Below, one piece after another: positions 8,651 through 18,029 of a stretch of 64,000 bases of DNA. Numbering within the stretch: the first letter of the stretch is position 1; every line of letters begins with the position of its first letter. The DNA is from an uncultured Planctomycetota bacterium (lineage in GTDB: Bacteria > Planctomycetota > Planctomycetia > Pirellulales > Lacipirellulaceae): positions 736,001 through 800,000 of the forward strand of contig CAVRBU010000002.1 of the NCBI GenBank assembly GCA_963719315.1. Reading direction: 5' to 3'. A program made the position numbers and the translations under genes. The notes under the pieces were generated by a model. It was not told the DNA's origin, ran no database searches, and saw only the letters and a list, made by a program, of their open reading frames with translations.

Positions 8651-10030
8651 TTACTTGCAGCCGCAGCCGCCACCGCAACCACCGCAGCCGCTGTTACCGC
8701 CGCAGCCACCACAGCCGCCGCACGGAACTTCGACTTGCTTGGCCACCATGTGGCAAACCTTCACCTCGACCTCTTGCGTGGTCTTGTGGGGCACGCAAAC
8801 GGTGTAGGTTTCGGTCTTCTTCTCAGGCTGGCACTCCATGCGGCACACCTTGTAGGTGCGGGTCCGCTGTTCGGGCGTGCAAACCGTGTACTGCACTTCC
8901 TTGCTCTGCTGCTCGCTCTCCATGCGACAGACCTTGTATTCACAAGTCTTAGTTTCCTGGCGGGTCTTGCACACGTTCACCATGCACGTCCGCTCTTCTT
9001 GGACCATCTTGCAAACCTTGCAAGTGCGGGTCCGGTCTTCTTGGCGAGTCTTGCAAACTTTGACCGTGCAGGTCCGCTCTTCTGGAACCATCTTGCACAC
9101 CTTCACGGTGCGGGTCCGCTCTTCCTGGCGGGTCTTGCACACGTTATAGGTGTACGGCACTTCTTCGGTCACTCGCTTGTAAGTCGTGCAAGCAACTTCC
9201 TTCGTGCTCTCTTCCGGCACCCAAGTGCGATGGCACACGGTGCGGGTGCCGCAGCCACCGCAGGAGCCGCAACCACAGCCGCCGCATTGACCGCAGCCGC
9301 CACAGCCGCCGCATTGCACTTGCTCGGTCGTCGTTTCCCAATGACCGCCGCAGACCTTAACGGTCTTCATCGTGGTCTCGGGCACGCACTTCGTCACGTG
9401 ACGGGTCGCCTGCACCTGCTCGGTGTAGGGCACGCAGACCGTGTACTTCTGCTCTTGGTCTTCGTAGTGAGCCACGTTGACCGTGTACTTCCGCTCTTGA
9501 TCTTCAGTGTATGGGACGCACACGGTGTACTTCTGCTCAACGTCCTCATAGTGAGGAACGCAGACCGTGTACTTCTTCTCAACTTGCTCGGTGTAGGGCA
9601 CGCAGACCGTGTATTCACGCGTCTTCGTTTCCCAAACCGGCTTGCACACGGTGTAGTTCACCGTCTTGGTTTCCGTGTGCGGGACCATCACGGTGTAGTT
9701 GCAGGTCTTCTCTTCGGTGATCGGCACTTGGTGATAGACCGTCACCTCGCGGGTCCGCTCTTCCTTCACCATTTCGCACTTTTCAACGGTGCGCTTCTCG
9801 GTCGTGTACTGTGGTTCGTAGACGGTCTTCATCATCGTGCCGCAACCGGCACTGCTCGACTCGCCGCCGCAACCACCACCACAACCACCACACGAACTCG
9901 ATCCTTCACAACCACCACCACACGAACTACATCCGTTACATCCATGACCGCAATGCGCCCATACGGGCGTCGCGGCCATGGTCGCCAGCAACGCAATGGC
10001 TGGCACCAGGCACATAAAACGGCGAATCAT
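8651..10030 (-). CDS. Cys-rich YTV-repeat envelope protein
   Basis: Signal peptide, GCG-rich ends and centre, 14-aa YTVCVP repeats; GGAGGA RBS before ATG 10030. Confidence 0.9.
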   Translation of the reverse strand: MIRRFMCLVPAIALLATMAATPVWAHCGHGCNGCSSCGGGCEGSSSCGGCGGGCGGESSSAGCGTMMKTVYEPQYTTEKRTVEKCEMVKEERTREVTVYHQVPITEEKTCNYTVMVPHTETKTVNYTVCKPVWETKTREYTVCVPYTEQVEKKYTVCVPHYEDVEQKYTVCVPYTEDQERKYTVNVAHYEDQEQKYTVCVPYTEQVQATRHVTKCVPETTMKTVKVCGGHWETTTEQVQCGGCGGCGQCGGCGCGSCGGCGTRTVCHRTWVPEESTKEVACTTYKRVTEEVPYTYNVCKTRQEERTRTVKVCKMVPEERTCTVKVCKTRQEDRTRTCKVCKMVQEERTCMVNVCKTRQETKTCEYKVCRMESEQQSKEVQYTVCTPEQRTRTYKVCRMECQPEKKTETYTVCVPHKTTQEVEVKVCHMVAKQVEVPCGGCGGCGGNSGCGGCGGGCGCK

Positions 10031-10167
10031 CAACAGGTCCTCCAAAGCAATCACGTGAAATCGAAAATGCCCGCCCACTAGCGGGAAAACAGCCTTAAGA
10101 AACATTTGTAAAAACGAAGCTTGCGGAGACAGCACCGAGTACGAAGACTGGGCAAATTACGCAGCCG

Positions 10168-10195
10168 ATTCTAATTGGAATGGCCTGTCAGTCAA
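10168..10195 (-). promoter_or_regulatory. Sigma70-like promoter for the YTV gene
   Basis: TTGACT-N16-TAGAAT. Confidence 0.45.
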
Positions 10196-10360
10196 GCAAC
10201 TAAGCGGCGTTCCGCACCGGTTAGCGAAATATAGGTTGCACCCAAGGCACTGCCGGAACGATTCGTGCTCTCAGCAGATTCAACGTTAAAGTCGCCCTAG
10301 ATTATCCCTCTTAAGGCCCGGTGGGAAGCGGCCAAGCTAGAAAATTTGCGAATCTTAAAG

Positions 10361-10397
10361 AAAAGCACCCCGCCGGCCGGCCGACGGGGGGTGCTTT
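10361..10397. terminator. Bidirectional terminator-like hairpin
   Basis: AAAGCACCCC ... GGGGTGCTTT. Confidence 0.6.
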
Positions 10398-10471
10398 GTT
10401 GTCGCGTTCTTGGTCCGATTTGTCGCAGTATTCGCCGTTCTCCGGCGATCCCGGGGATCTCCCCCGGCACA

Positions 10472-10545
10472 TGTGGGAGGTGTCTCCGACGTCGAAGAAC
10501 TTCGGAGACTTGAGCACCGCCTTGGCCTCAGAGAGGCCTCCCACA
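10472..10545. repeat. REP-like doublet
   Basis: TGTGGGAGGTGTCTCCGACGTCGA and, inverted, TGTGGGAGGCCTCTCTGAGGCCAA. Confidence 0.7.
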
Positions 10546-10603
10546 ACTGTCTTCGACCCCACCGCCTTCACCTGTGCGTGCCGCAACTGGGACACGGCTG
10601 CTA

Positions 10604-11781
10604 TACCCTGCGTGGGGATAAATGATCTGTTCCCGAGTAGCTGATTTGTTGTACAAGGCCCTTATGTCGCCATCGAGGAGGATGGCGTGTTGCTGGCAAG
10701 GAGGGCTGTCATGGCTTGGTTTCGAGTCCGATTGACGGAAGAGGAACAGCGAATTGTCGCGGCCGAGCGGGAGTCTCATCCGGAGTCGCATGTCCGCCGC
10801 AAGATGCTGGTGTTGTGGTCGCTGCAGTGTGGTTTGAAGCGATCCCAGGCGGCGAAATTGGCGGGGGTCGGAGTGGCGACCGTCGGGCGGTACGTTGCGG
10901 CCTATCGTGATGGCGGGTTGGAGGGTCTGCGGCGGTGGAATGTGCAAGGGCCCGTGAGCGACTTGGCCGCCTATCGCGACGTGATCCGCGCGTCGTTCGA
11001 GAACCAGCCGGTCCGCACGACCGCGGAAGCCTGCGAACGCATTTACCAACTGACCGGCCTGCGGCGGGGACTGTCGCAAACTCGCAAGTTCCTGAAAGAC
11101 ATGGGACTCAAGTGGCAGCGGGTCCGGGCGCTCCCCGTGCCGCCCAAAAAAACTTGGCCCAGCATGTCGCCGCGCAGGCCCTGTTTCACGACGTCGAACT
11201 GAAGCCCCGCCTCGACGCCGCCGCCCGAGGGCGGGGACACGTCTTCTTCGTCGATGCGGCCCACTTTGTGTACGGGACGTTCCTGTGCTGCTTGTGGTCG
11301 TTCACGCGAATCTTCGTGCGGGCCGCCTCGGGCCGCCAGCGGTTCAATGTCCTGGGAGCCTGGAACGCCGTGACCCGCGAACTGGTAAGCGTGACCAACA
11401 CCACGGTCGTCAACACGGAAACGATGTGCGAGCTGTTGCGGAAGATCGCTGCCCTCGGTCTGGCCGGACCGATCACGTTGGTGCTGGACAACGCTCGCTA
11501 CCAACGTAACGCCGCGGTGCAAGCGTTGGCGACGCAACTGGAAATCACGCTGCTGTTCCTGCCCTCCTACTCGCCGAACCTGAACCTCATCGAACGGCTT
11601 TGGAAGTTCATCAAGCGGCCGGCCATCTATGGGCGTTACCATCCCGGATTTCAAGAGTTTCAAGCCGCCATCCAAGAAACAATCGCCGACCTCGCAACCC
11701 GCCACGCCGAACCCCTCAAATCCCTCATGACGCTCAACTTTCAGCGATTCGAAGATGTCTCATTGCTGGCCGCGTAGGGTA
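10604..11781 (+). mobile_element. IS630-family insertion sequence
   Basis: Imperfect terminal IRs TACCCTGCGTGG / TACCCTACGCGG; TA duplicated at 10602-10603 and 11782-11783. Confidence 0.93.
10711..11777 (+). CDS. IS630 transposase, orfA (HTH) and orfB (DDE) joined by a -1 frameshift
   Basis: A7 run at 11146-11152 in the overlap; FFVDAAHF, LVLDNARYQ, LPSYSPNLNLIERLW. Confidence 0.92.
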
Positions 11782-11785
11782 TAAG

Positions 11786-12585
11786 TCACTGCTGTGGCTT
11801 GTTGATATCCAACAGTTCGATATCAAACACCAGCATGCTGCCGGCTTCAATCGGCGGGCCCGGCGGGTTCATGCCGTAAGCCAACTTCGCTGGCACAAAT
11901 AGTTGCCATTTGTCGCCCACGTGCATTTTCTGCAAGGCCTCGGTCCAGCCGGGAATCACCCGCTTCAACGGGAACTCGGCCGGGCCACCCTGACGCGCCG
12001 AACTGTCGAACTCGGTGCCGTTGAGCAACGTGCCGCGGTAGTTGCACTTCACCGTGTCGTTGATCGTCGGCGACGCCCCCTGCCCTTGTTGAATCACGCG
12101 ATACTGCAATCCGGTCGGAGTCGTTTGAACGCCCTGTCGCTTGGCATTCTGAGCCAAAAACGCCGTCTCATCCTGCTGGTTTTTCGCCGCTTCCGTCTGC
12201 GTTCGCGCCATTTCTCGCTGCTGCATTTCGCGGCCAAACCTCTGCAACACGGCGTCGAGTTGCTGCTCATTCCATTTGGCGCCGCGCCCGATAAGGCATC
12301 GCTGATGCCGGCGATGAGTGCCTGCGCATCGCAGTCGATGTGATTCTCCTTCAAGTTCGTCGCAAAGTTTCGCCCCAGCGCGTAGCTAACTTGGGCATGG
12401 TACATGGCATCATTGGCAGCTCCCGGTTGCCCCACACCCGGCAGGCCGGCGGGTGTGCCGGGCTGTCCCGCAGGTGCTCCCGGCCCCGCCGGCGGATTGC
12501 CGCCCGGCAACTCATTTTGGGAAAAAGCGATATTACACCACGCCAGACAAACAAACATTACGGCACTCGGTAAGAAACTTCGCAT
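11786..12585 (-). CDS. FKBP-type peptidyl-prolyl isomerase (FkpA/Mip-like), frameshifted near 12275
   Basis: SYALG...GISDALSG in one frame; TPTGLQY, YRGTLLNGTEFDSS, VIPGWTEAL, VPAKLAYG in another. Confidence 0.9.
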
Positions 12586-12803
12586 CGCAGCCTTCCAGTT
12601 GATTGTGGGGAAACTCTCTATAAAACACTTCCCGGAAATTGTGACCGACCCCTGATTGTAGGCAAGCCCGACAGGTCCGCTATACTGAATCTATGGCCCC
12701 CCGCGGCATGCTTTGTGATGCCAGCATACGGGCAATCCCGCTTAAGTGCTGATTGAGGCTTCATCCCAGATTTTTCCACAGTTTTTGCATTTTCGGGTGC
12801 CAC

Positions 12804-13925
12804 ATGGCCGCACGACAGCGCCAAATCCGTTCGCCGAGACACGACTGCTTGGGGCACCCCCGCTTTCCGGCGCCTTGCCTCCCGGCGGTCCGCGGTTTCA
12901 CGTTGGTGGAACTTTTGGTCGCGATTGCCATCATCGGAGTCTTGGTCGCCATCCTGCTCCCCGCCGTTCAGCAGGCACGCGAAGCCGCTCGCCGCACGCA
13001 ATGCGTCAACAATATCCGCCAACTGGCGATCGCCACGCACAGTTACACGGACATCCACAAAAAGCTGCCCCCTTCCGGAATCGTCGCCGAGACCACTGGC
13101 AATTACAACGGGCTGAAGTATCCCATATTCGACCAACGATCGGGCAAGATGTTCAGTTGGGTGGTGCTGCTGTTGCCGTTCATGGAAGAAACAAACCTCT
13201 ACGAACAAATCGATCAAACCAAGACAATTCTCGATCAGCCGAATGAACCGCAGCAGAAAGCCGTGCCCTCCCTTCTTTGCCCCAGCGATGCCGCCAGCGG
13301 CAGGCTCTACTACGACCCTTCGTTTACCTCAAACAAGAAATTCGCCAAAGGCAACTACGCCGCCTACGCTTCGCCGATGCACACCGACTTGCAACTAGTA
13401 TACCCGGGCGCACTGATCTCGACCGGTCAAAAATTAGGGCGCATCACCGACGGTCTCAGTAACACAATCGTCTTTAGCGAAGTTCGCACGCTCGACGACA
13501 CGCGCGATGAACGCGGCGCCTGGGCCCTACCTTGGAACGCGTCAACTTTGCTTTCGCTGGATATGCACCATGACACGAAGGCCAACGGCGGCGGTTACTT
13601 TACCCAATTCAAGTCTTCGAGCGTCTATGCTTATCAAACGCAAACGCCGAACACGATCGGACCTAATGAAGATGTCTTGTTGGGTTGCCCCGACGACATG
13701 TTGGTGAGCGCCCAAATCCAACGCATGCCGTGCATCAAGTGGGCTTGGTCGTTGGGCCTGTCCGGCTACATATCCGCTGCTCCGCGTAGCAATCACATCG
13801 GCGGCGTAAACGCTGCCTTTCTCGATGGACACGTTGAATTCATTCGCAACGAGATCGACTCGATGGTGTTCGCCAACATGATCGATATCCGCGACGCCGA
13901 GGTCTTGACCAATGACGGACGCTAG
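12804..13925 (+). CDS. DUF1559 prepilin-type N-terminal cleavage/methylation protein
   Basis: GFTLVELLVAIAIIGVLVAILLPAVQQAREAARRTQC; ITDGLSNT; HIGGVNAAFLDGHV. Confidence 0.95.
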   Translation: MAARQRQIRSPRHDCLGHPRFPAPCLPAVRGFTLVELLVAIAIIGVLVAILLPAVQQAREAARRTQCVNNIRQLAIATHSYTDIHKKLPPSGIVAETTGNYNGLKYPIFDQRSGKMFSWVVLLLPFMEETNLYEQIDQTKTILDQPNEPQQKAVPSLLCPSDAASGRLYYDPSFTSNKKFAKGNYAAYASPMHTDLQLVYPGALISTGQKLGRITDGLSNTIVFSEVRTLDDTRDERGAWALPWNASTLLSLDMHHDTKANGGGYFTQFKSSSVYAYQTQTPNTIGPNEDVLLGCPDDMLVSAQIQRMPCIKWAWSLGLSGYISAAPRSNHIGGVNAAFLDGHVEFIRNEIDSMVFANMIDIRDAEVLTNDGR

Positions 13926-14313
13926 CTGGCCAGCAAAGTTTGACTGGCGTTTCGGACTAGCTGCGGTATTGATCGTCGCTGGAATCGGCCTGATCGTGCT
14001 CTCGGTTTTCTGTACCGGTAGCGCCGTGAGTCAGGCGAACTGGTCTCCGGAACAAGCGAAGCAATATCAACAGGCCTCTCTCAAACTTCACAGCCTTTCA
14101 CACGAGCCAAACACCACCACCGACGCCGATCGGCAGTCTTATCACCGTGAGCTAAAACAGGCAGAATCCGAATATCAGGCCATTCGCGCCAGGTTGGATT
14201 CGGCTATCGACGGCTCCGAAACATTCTTGCGCTCGCTTCGCTGGTTGGGCGCCGTCTTAACGGCATTCGGCAGTTTTGGACTCTACCGCTTTCAATCTTG
14301 GAAAGCAGCTTAA
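13912..14313 (+). CDS. Hypothetical membrane protein (TM-coiled coil-TM)
   Basis: Overlaps the DUF1559 stop; two hydrophobic ends. Confidence 0.7.
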   Translation: MTDASWPAKFDWRFGLAAVLIVAGIGLIVLSVFCTGSAVSQANWSPEQAKQYQQASLKLHSLSHEPNTTTDADRQSYHRELKQAESEYQAIRARLDSAIDGSETFLRSLRWLGAVLTAFGSFGLYRFQSWKAA

Positions 14314-14322
14314 TCAGCGACA

Positions 14323-14351
14323 TTGAGCCTCCGCCAGACTTCCCCTATATT
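14323..14351 (+). promoter_or_regulatory. Sigma70-like promoter for sat-cysC
   Basis: TTGAGC-N17-TATATT. Confidence 0.5.
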
Positions 14352-14486
14352 GGCCGGATTACACCAAACTTGGCGGCTGGCGCCCTGCCGCCATTAGATT
14401 TCGCCCCGTAGCCGCCGATCTACGATCGGCCGGTCCCCCACACCGCGTAGCGCAATTTCCCCGCGTCGCGCTCCACGTACCAGAGA

Positions 14487-16223
14487 GTGAGTTTCGCAGT
14501 GACCAGCCATTTGAACGCCCCCCACGGTGGCAAGCTTGTTGACCTTTCCGTTTCCGCCAGTCGGGCTGCCGAGATCAAGGCCCAATCCCGCGATTGGCCC
14601 TCCTGGGATCTCACGCCCCGCCAGCTCTGCGATCTCGAGATGCTCTGCAACGGCAGCTTCTCGCCGCTCACCGGCTTCATGAAGAAGGCCGACTACGAAT
14701 CCGTCTGCGGCAAGATGCGCCTCGCCGACGGCACACTCTGGACCATGCCGATCACGCTCGATGTCTCCAAGGAGTTCGCCGAGAAACTTAAGACCGGCGC
14801 GTACGTCGCCCTCCGCGATGCCGAGGGCGTGATGCTCGCCGTCATCCACGTCGAAGACATCTGGGAGCCCAACCGCGAAAAGGAAGCCGACCAGGTCTTC
14901 GGAACGACCAGCACCGACCACCCGGCCGTCAACTACTTAATGAACCAAAGCAAGCCGGTCTACATCGGCGGCAGCGTCGAGTGCCTGCAGCCGCCGCTCC
15001 ACTACGATTACAAATCGCTTCGACGAACGCCGAAGGAGCTCCGCGAAGAATTCGGCAAGCGCGGTTGGACAAAAATCGTCGCCTTCCAAACCCGCAATCC
15101 GATGCACCGCGCTCATCACGAGCTCACGCTCCGCGCCGCCAAGGAAGAAGGCGCCAACCTCCTCGTGCACCCCGTCGTCGGCATGACCAAGCCGGGCGAC
15201 GTCGATCATTACACCCGCGTCCGCTGCTACCAGGCCCTCATGCCCCACTATCCGCAGAACACGGCCATGCTCTCGCTGCTGCCGCTCGCCATGCGCATGG
15301 GCGGCCCGCGCGAAGCGATCTGGCACGCGATCATCCGCAAGAATCACGGCTGCACGCACATCGTCGTCGGCCGCGACCACGCCGGCCCCGGCAAAGACAA
15401 AAGTGGCAAACCGTTTTATGGACCTTACGATGCCCAAGAGCTCTTGAAGAAGCACGAGGAAGAGCTCGGAATGAAAATGGTCGACTTCAAGCAGATGGTC
15501 TACGTTCCGGACGAAGACACGTACTACCCCGTCGATGAGGTGCCCAAAGACAAGAAAACGATGGACATCAGCGGCACCGAGCTCCGCGACCGGCTTGCGC
15601 TCGGCACCGAGATCCCCAACTGGTTTTCGTACACTGAGGTCGTGAAAGAACTCCGCCGCAGCCACCCCGCCCGTGCCCGGCAAGGCTTCACGGTTTTCTT
15701 CACCGGCCTAAGCGGCTCGGGCAAGAGCACGATCGCCAACGTCCTGCTCTCGAAGCTGCTCGAACTCGGCGGACGTCCCGTCACGATTCTCGACGGCGAC
15801 CTCGTGCGCAAGAACCTTTCGAGCGAACTCGGCTTCTCGAAGGAACACCGCAACCTCAACATCAAGCGCATCGGCTACGTTGCCGCCGAAATCACCAAGC
15901 ACCGTGGCATCTGCATCGCGGCCCCGATCGCGCCCTATGACGACATCCGCAAGGAAGTCCGCGCCATGATCGCCCCCCACGGCGGCTTCATCCTGGTGCA
16001 TGTGAACACCGGCGTCGAAGAATGCGAAAAACGCGACCGCAAGGGCCTCTATGCGAAGGCGCGTGCGGGCATCATCAAAGAATTCACCGGCATCAGCGAC
16101 CCATATGACGTGCCGGCCGACGCCGAAGTCACGATCGACACGCTCAAACTCACCGCCGAAGAGGCGGCCCAGGAAATCTTCCTACGCCTCGAAAAAGAAG
16201 GCTACATCGGTGAGGATGACTAA
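14487..16223 (+). CDS. sat-cysC: Bifunctional sulfate adenylyltransferase / adenylylsulfate kinase
   Basis: PHGGKL, FQTRNPMHRAH, GRDHAG, ISGTELR, then GLSGSGKST, LDGDLVR, RDRKGLY, FTGISDPY. Confidence 0.96.
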   Translation: MSFAVTSHLNAPHGGKLVDLSVSASRAAEIKAQSRDWPSWDLTPRQLCDLEMLCNGSFSPLTGFMKKADYESVCGKMRLADGTLWTMPITLDVSKEFAEKLKTGAYVALRDAEGVMLAVIHVEDIWEPNREKEADQVFGTTSTDHPAVNYLMNQSKPVYIGGSVECLQPPLHYDYKSLRRTPKELREEFGKRGWTKIVAFQTRNPMHRAHHELTLRAAKEEGANLLVHPVVGMTKPGDVDHYTRVRCYQALMPHYPQNTAMLSLLPLAMRMGGPREAIWHAIIRKNHGCTHIVVGRDHAGPGKDKSGKPFYGPYDAQELLKKHEEELGMKMVDFKQMVYVPDEDTYYPVDEVPKDKKTMDISGTELRDRLALGTEIPNWFSYTEVVKELRRSHPARARQGFTVFFTGLSGSGKSTIANVLLSKLLELGGRPVTILDGDLVRKNLSSELGFSKEHRNLNIKRIGYVAAEITKHRGICIAAPIAPYDDIRKEVRAMIAPHGGFILVHVNTGVEECEKRDRKGLYAKARAGIIKEFTGISDPYDVPADAEVTIDTLKLTAEEAAQEIFLRLEKEGYIGEDD

Positions 16224-16228
16224 CGCCT

Positions 16229-16963
16229 ATGCCCGCAGATAAGCAATCGAAGAGACGCTGGCTCCGCTTTAGCCTCGCTACCTTTCTTTTCGTATCGCTC
16301 TGCATCGGCGGTTCTATTGCCGGTTATCAATCGGGATACCGGCGCGGCTACAACTCGGGCAAGAGCACGCAATACAACGAAGCACAGGTAGTGGAAACGT
16401 ACAGTACTATTTCGTTTATCTGGCCTGATTTGCCGGAAGCCGACCGAATCACCGGCGTCAGGAACTTGATCGATCTGATCAAATCGACGATTGCGACAGA
16501 TCTCTGGGACGATCGTCTCGGCAACGAAATCCGGGAATTCCCAGCAAACCATTCCCTAATAGTCACCGCGCCGGGTTCGGTGCAGCACGAAATCCGCGAT
16601 TTGTTCGCTCAACTCGAAACAATCCAGAACCGCGAATCTGTGGTCGACTTACTACCTGCCTTACAAGCCATGGCCTCGATAGGCAAGACACAAGCCAATG
16701 TGCTGGACATCAAGGCGCCGAAAGACAGCTCTACGTCCGGAATCTGGCTGGAGAAATACTTCGGTGCCACAGTCAAAGGCGTTTCAAAACATTGGGGCAG
16801 CCCTCATTACGAAGGCAAGTGCACGGACGTCGGCTTCCCTCAATGGTCGCTCGATCAACGAATCGCCACTTGGCAGCGCGGCAGCGGCTTCTCCTACCTC
16901 GCTATTCGCTACGCCGATGACGGCCAACTCCACCTCGTCGCTGGCTGGCGCAACAATTCGTGA
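16229..16963 (+). CDS. Hypothetical membrane-anchored protein (RRWLRFSL N-terminus; secretin-N-like SLIVTAP motif)
   Basis: ORF directly after sat-cysC; N-terminal TM segment. Confidence 0.65.
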   Translation: MPADKQSKRRWLRFSLATFLFVSLCIGGSIAGYQSGYRRGYNSGKSTQYNEAQVVETYSTISFIWPDLPEADRITGVRNLIDLIKSTIATDLWDDRLGNEIREFPANHSLIVTAPGSVQHEIRDLFAQLETIQNRESVVDLLPALQAMASIGKTQANVLDIKAPKDSSTSGIWLEKYFGATVKGVSKHWGSPHYEGKCTDVGFPQWSLDQRIATWQRGSGFSYLAIRYADDGQLHLVAGWRNNS

Positions 16964-17180
16964 AACCAGCCTGAAGCGTTTCGGCGAAAACTCGCATCAT
17001 GAATCGGTCCGACCGTAGAGAACTTCGTCGATTTTGGACGACGCATCCGGCGGAAGTTGCTTTGCGATGCCAATGATCGGCTTCAACGCGCCTACAGCAC
17101 CCGTTTCACGGGCCTTCTCGCCGCCCCGGCTTGTGCCCATTTCAGCTCGCCGCATCCGGCCTATCCGCCTTGCCCGACCA

Positions 17181-17265
17181 ACTTCTTCGCGCGGCCAAAA
17201 ATAATCGTGGGTTCATTGCCGCGGAAATGCTACAGTCCCTCCACAGTGCATTGCGACGCCATTTG
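17181..17265 (+). repeat. Dispersed non-coding repeat, copy 1 (copy 2 at 42070-42154, minus strand)
   Basis: Ungapped manual alignment, 64 of 85 nt identical. Confidence 0.8.
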
Positions 17266-17905
17266 CGCTTGAATGCTATGAAATGATGTCATGCTCGCCG
17301 CGCAAGAGTGTGGCGTGAATTCTTTCCCAACAGTGTACCCGCGCCGGCTGTGTTTCGTTCGTACAAGACCTATGCTTCTTACCACTTCGCGAGGTGAGCC
17401 ATGCACCATTTCACCAAAAAAAGCTCCAAATCGAACGTAAAATCCGCGTGTATTGCTCGCCCGAGCGACCAGTTCGTCCTGGCAATGCAAGCGATTCTCA
17501 AACTACATCGTACAGAAGTCAGCACTTCCGCACGCAAAAAATGGGACCCCCGTTTGACATACGAAATTCAACTCCCGGCCGCGAAAGAGTTTACGTGCAG
17601 CCTACGCCAATACCCGCCGTACAAATCTCAACGCTGCTCGGGATCCGCGAGGATTGGCACAATACCGCTGCGAAATACCGTACAAAAATACGATGACCTC
17701 AAAAAGCCCCATTAATTTCCAGATCTTCCGAGGTGTGGTACCGCTCGCAATTCCGCCAATCTTGCAATATAAATCCCGAGTTTGTGGGAGTATCAGCCAT
17801 CTGGCCAAACGCCCTCAAACCACCCGCTTTAAGCCCTCAAATTCGCTTGGAACCGCGATTTCTCTCGACTATGCTAAAAGTTGACCAAGAACGTCTTCAG
17901 TTTGT

Positions 17906-18015
17906 CCCTGAACCCTGAACCCTGAACCCTGAACCCTGAACCCTGAACCCTGAACCCTGAACCCTGAACCCTGAACCCTGAACCCTGAACCCTGAACCCT
18001 GAACCCTGAACCCTG
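17906..18015. repeat. Perfect tandem heptamer array (CCCTGAA)15 plus CCCTG
   Basis: Directly visible; ends 14 nt before ATG 18030. Confidence 0.98.
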
Positions 18016-18029
18016 GCTACTTCTCCGCC

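Noticed and set aside
8735..10081. 448-aa plus-strand ORF
   Set aside because: Antisense shadow of the repetitive YTV gene.
10254..10270. Possible plus-strand sigma54 motif CGGAACGATTCGTGCT
   Set aside because: Weak match, and it points at a terminator-like hairpin rather than a gene.
17394..17715. Short ORFs in the 17.0-17.9 kb gap
   Set aside because: Overlapping ORFs in several frames with no motifs and atypical composition; treated as non-coding.
17906..18015. Eukaryotic telomere or contamination (TTCAGGG resembles Plasmodium/plant-type repeats)
   Set aside because: It is internal, flanked by bacterial genes, and the same unit recurs upstream of rpmG.
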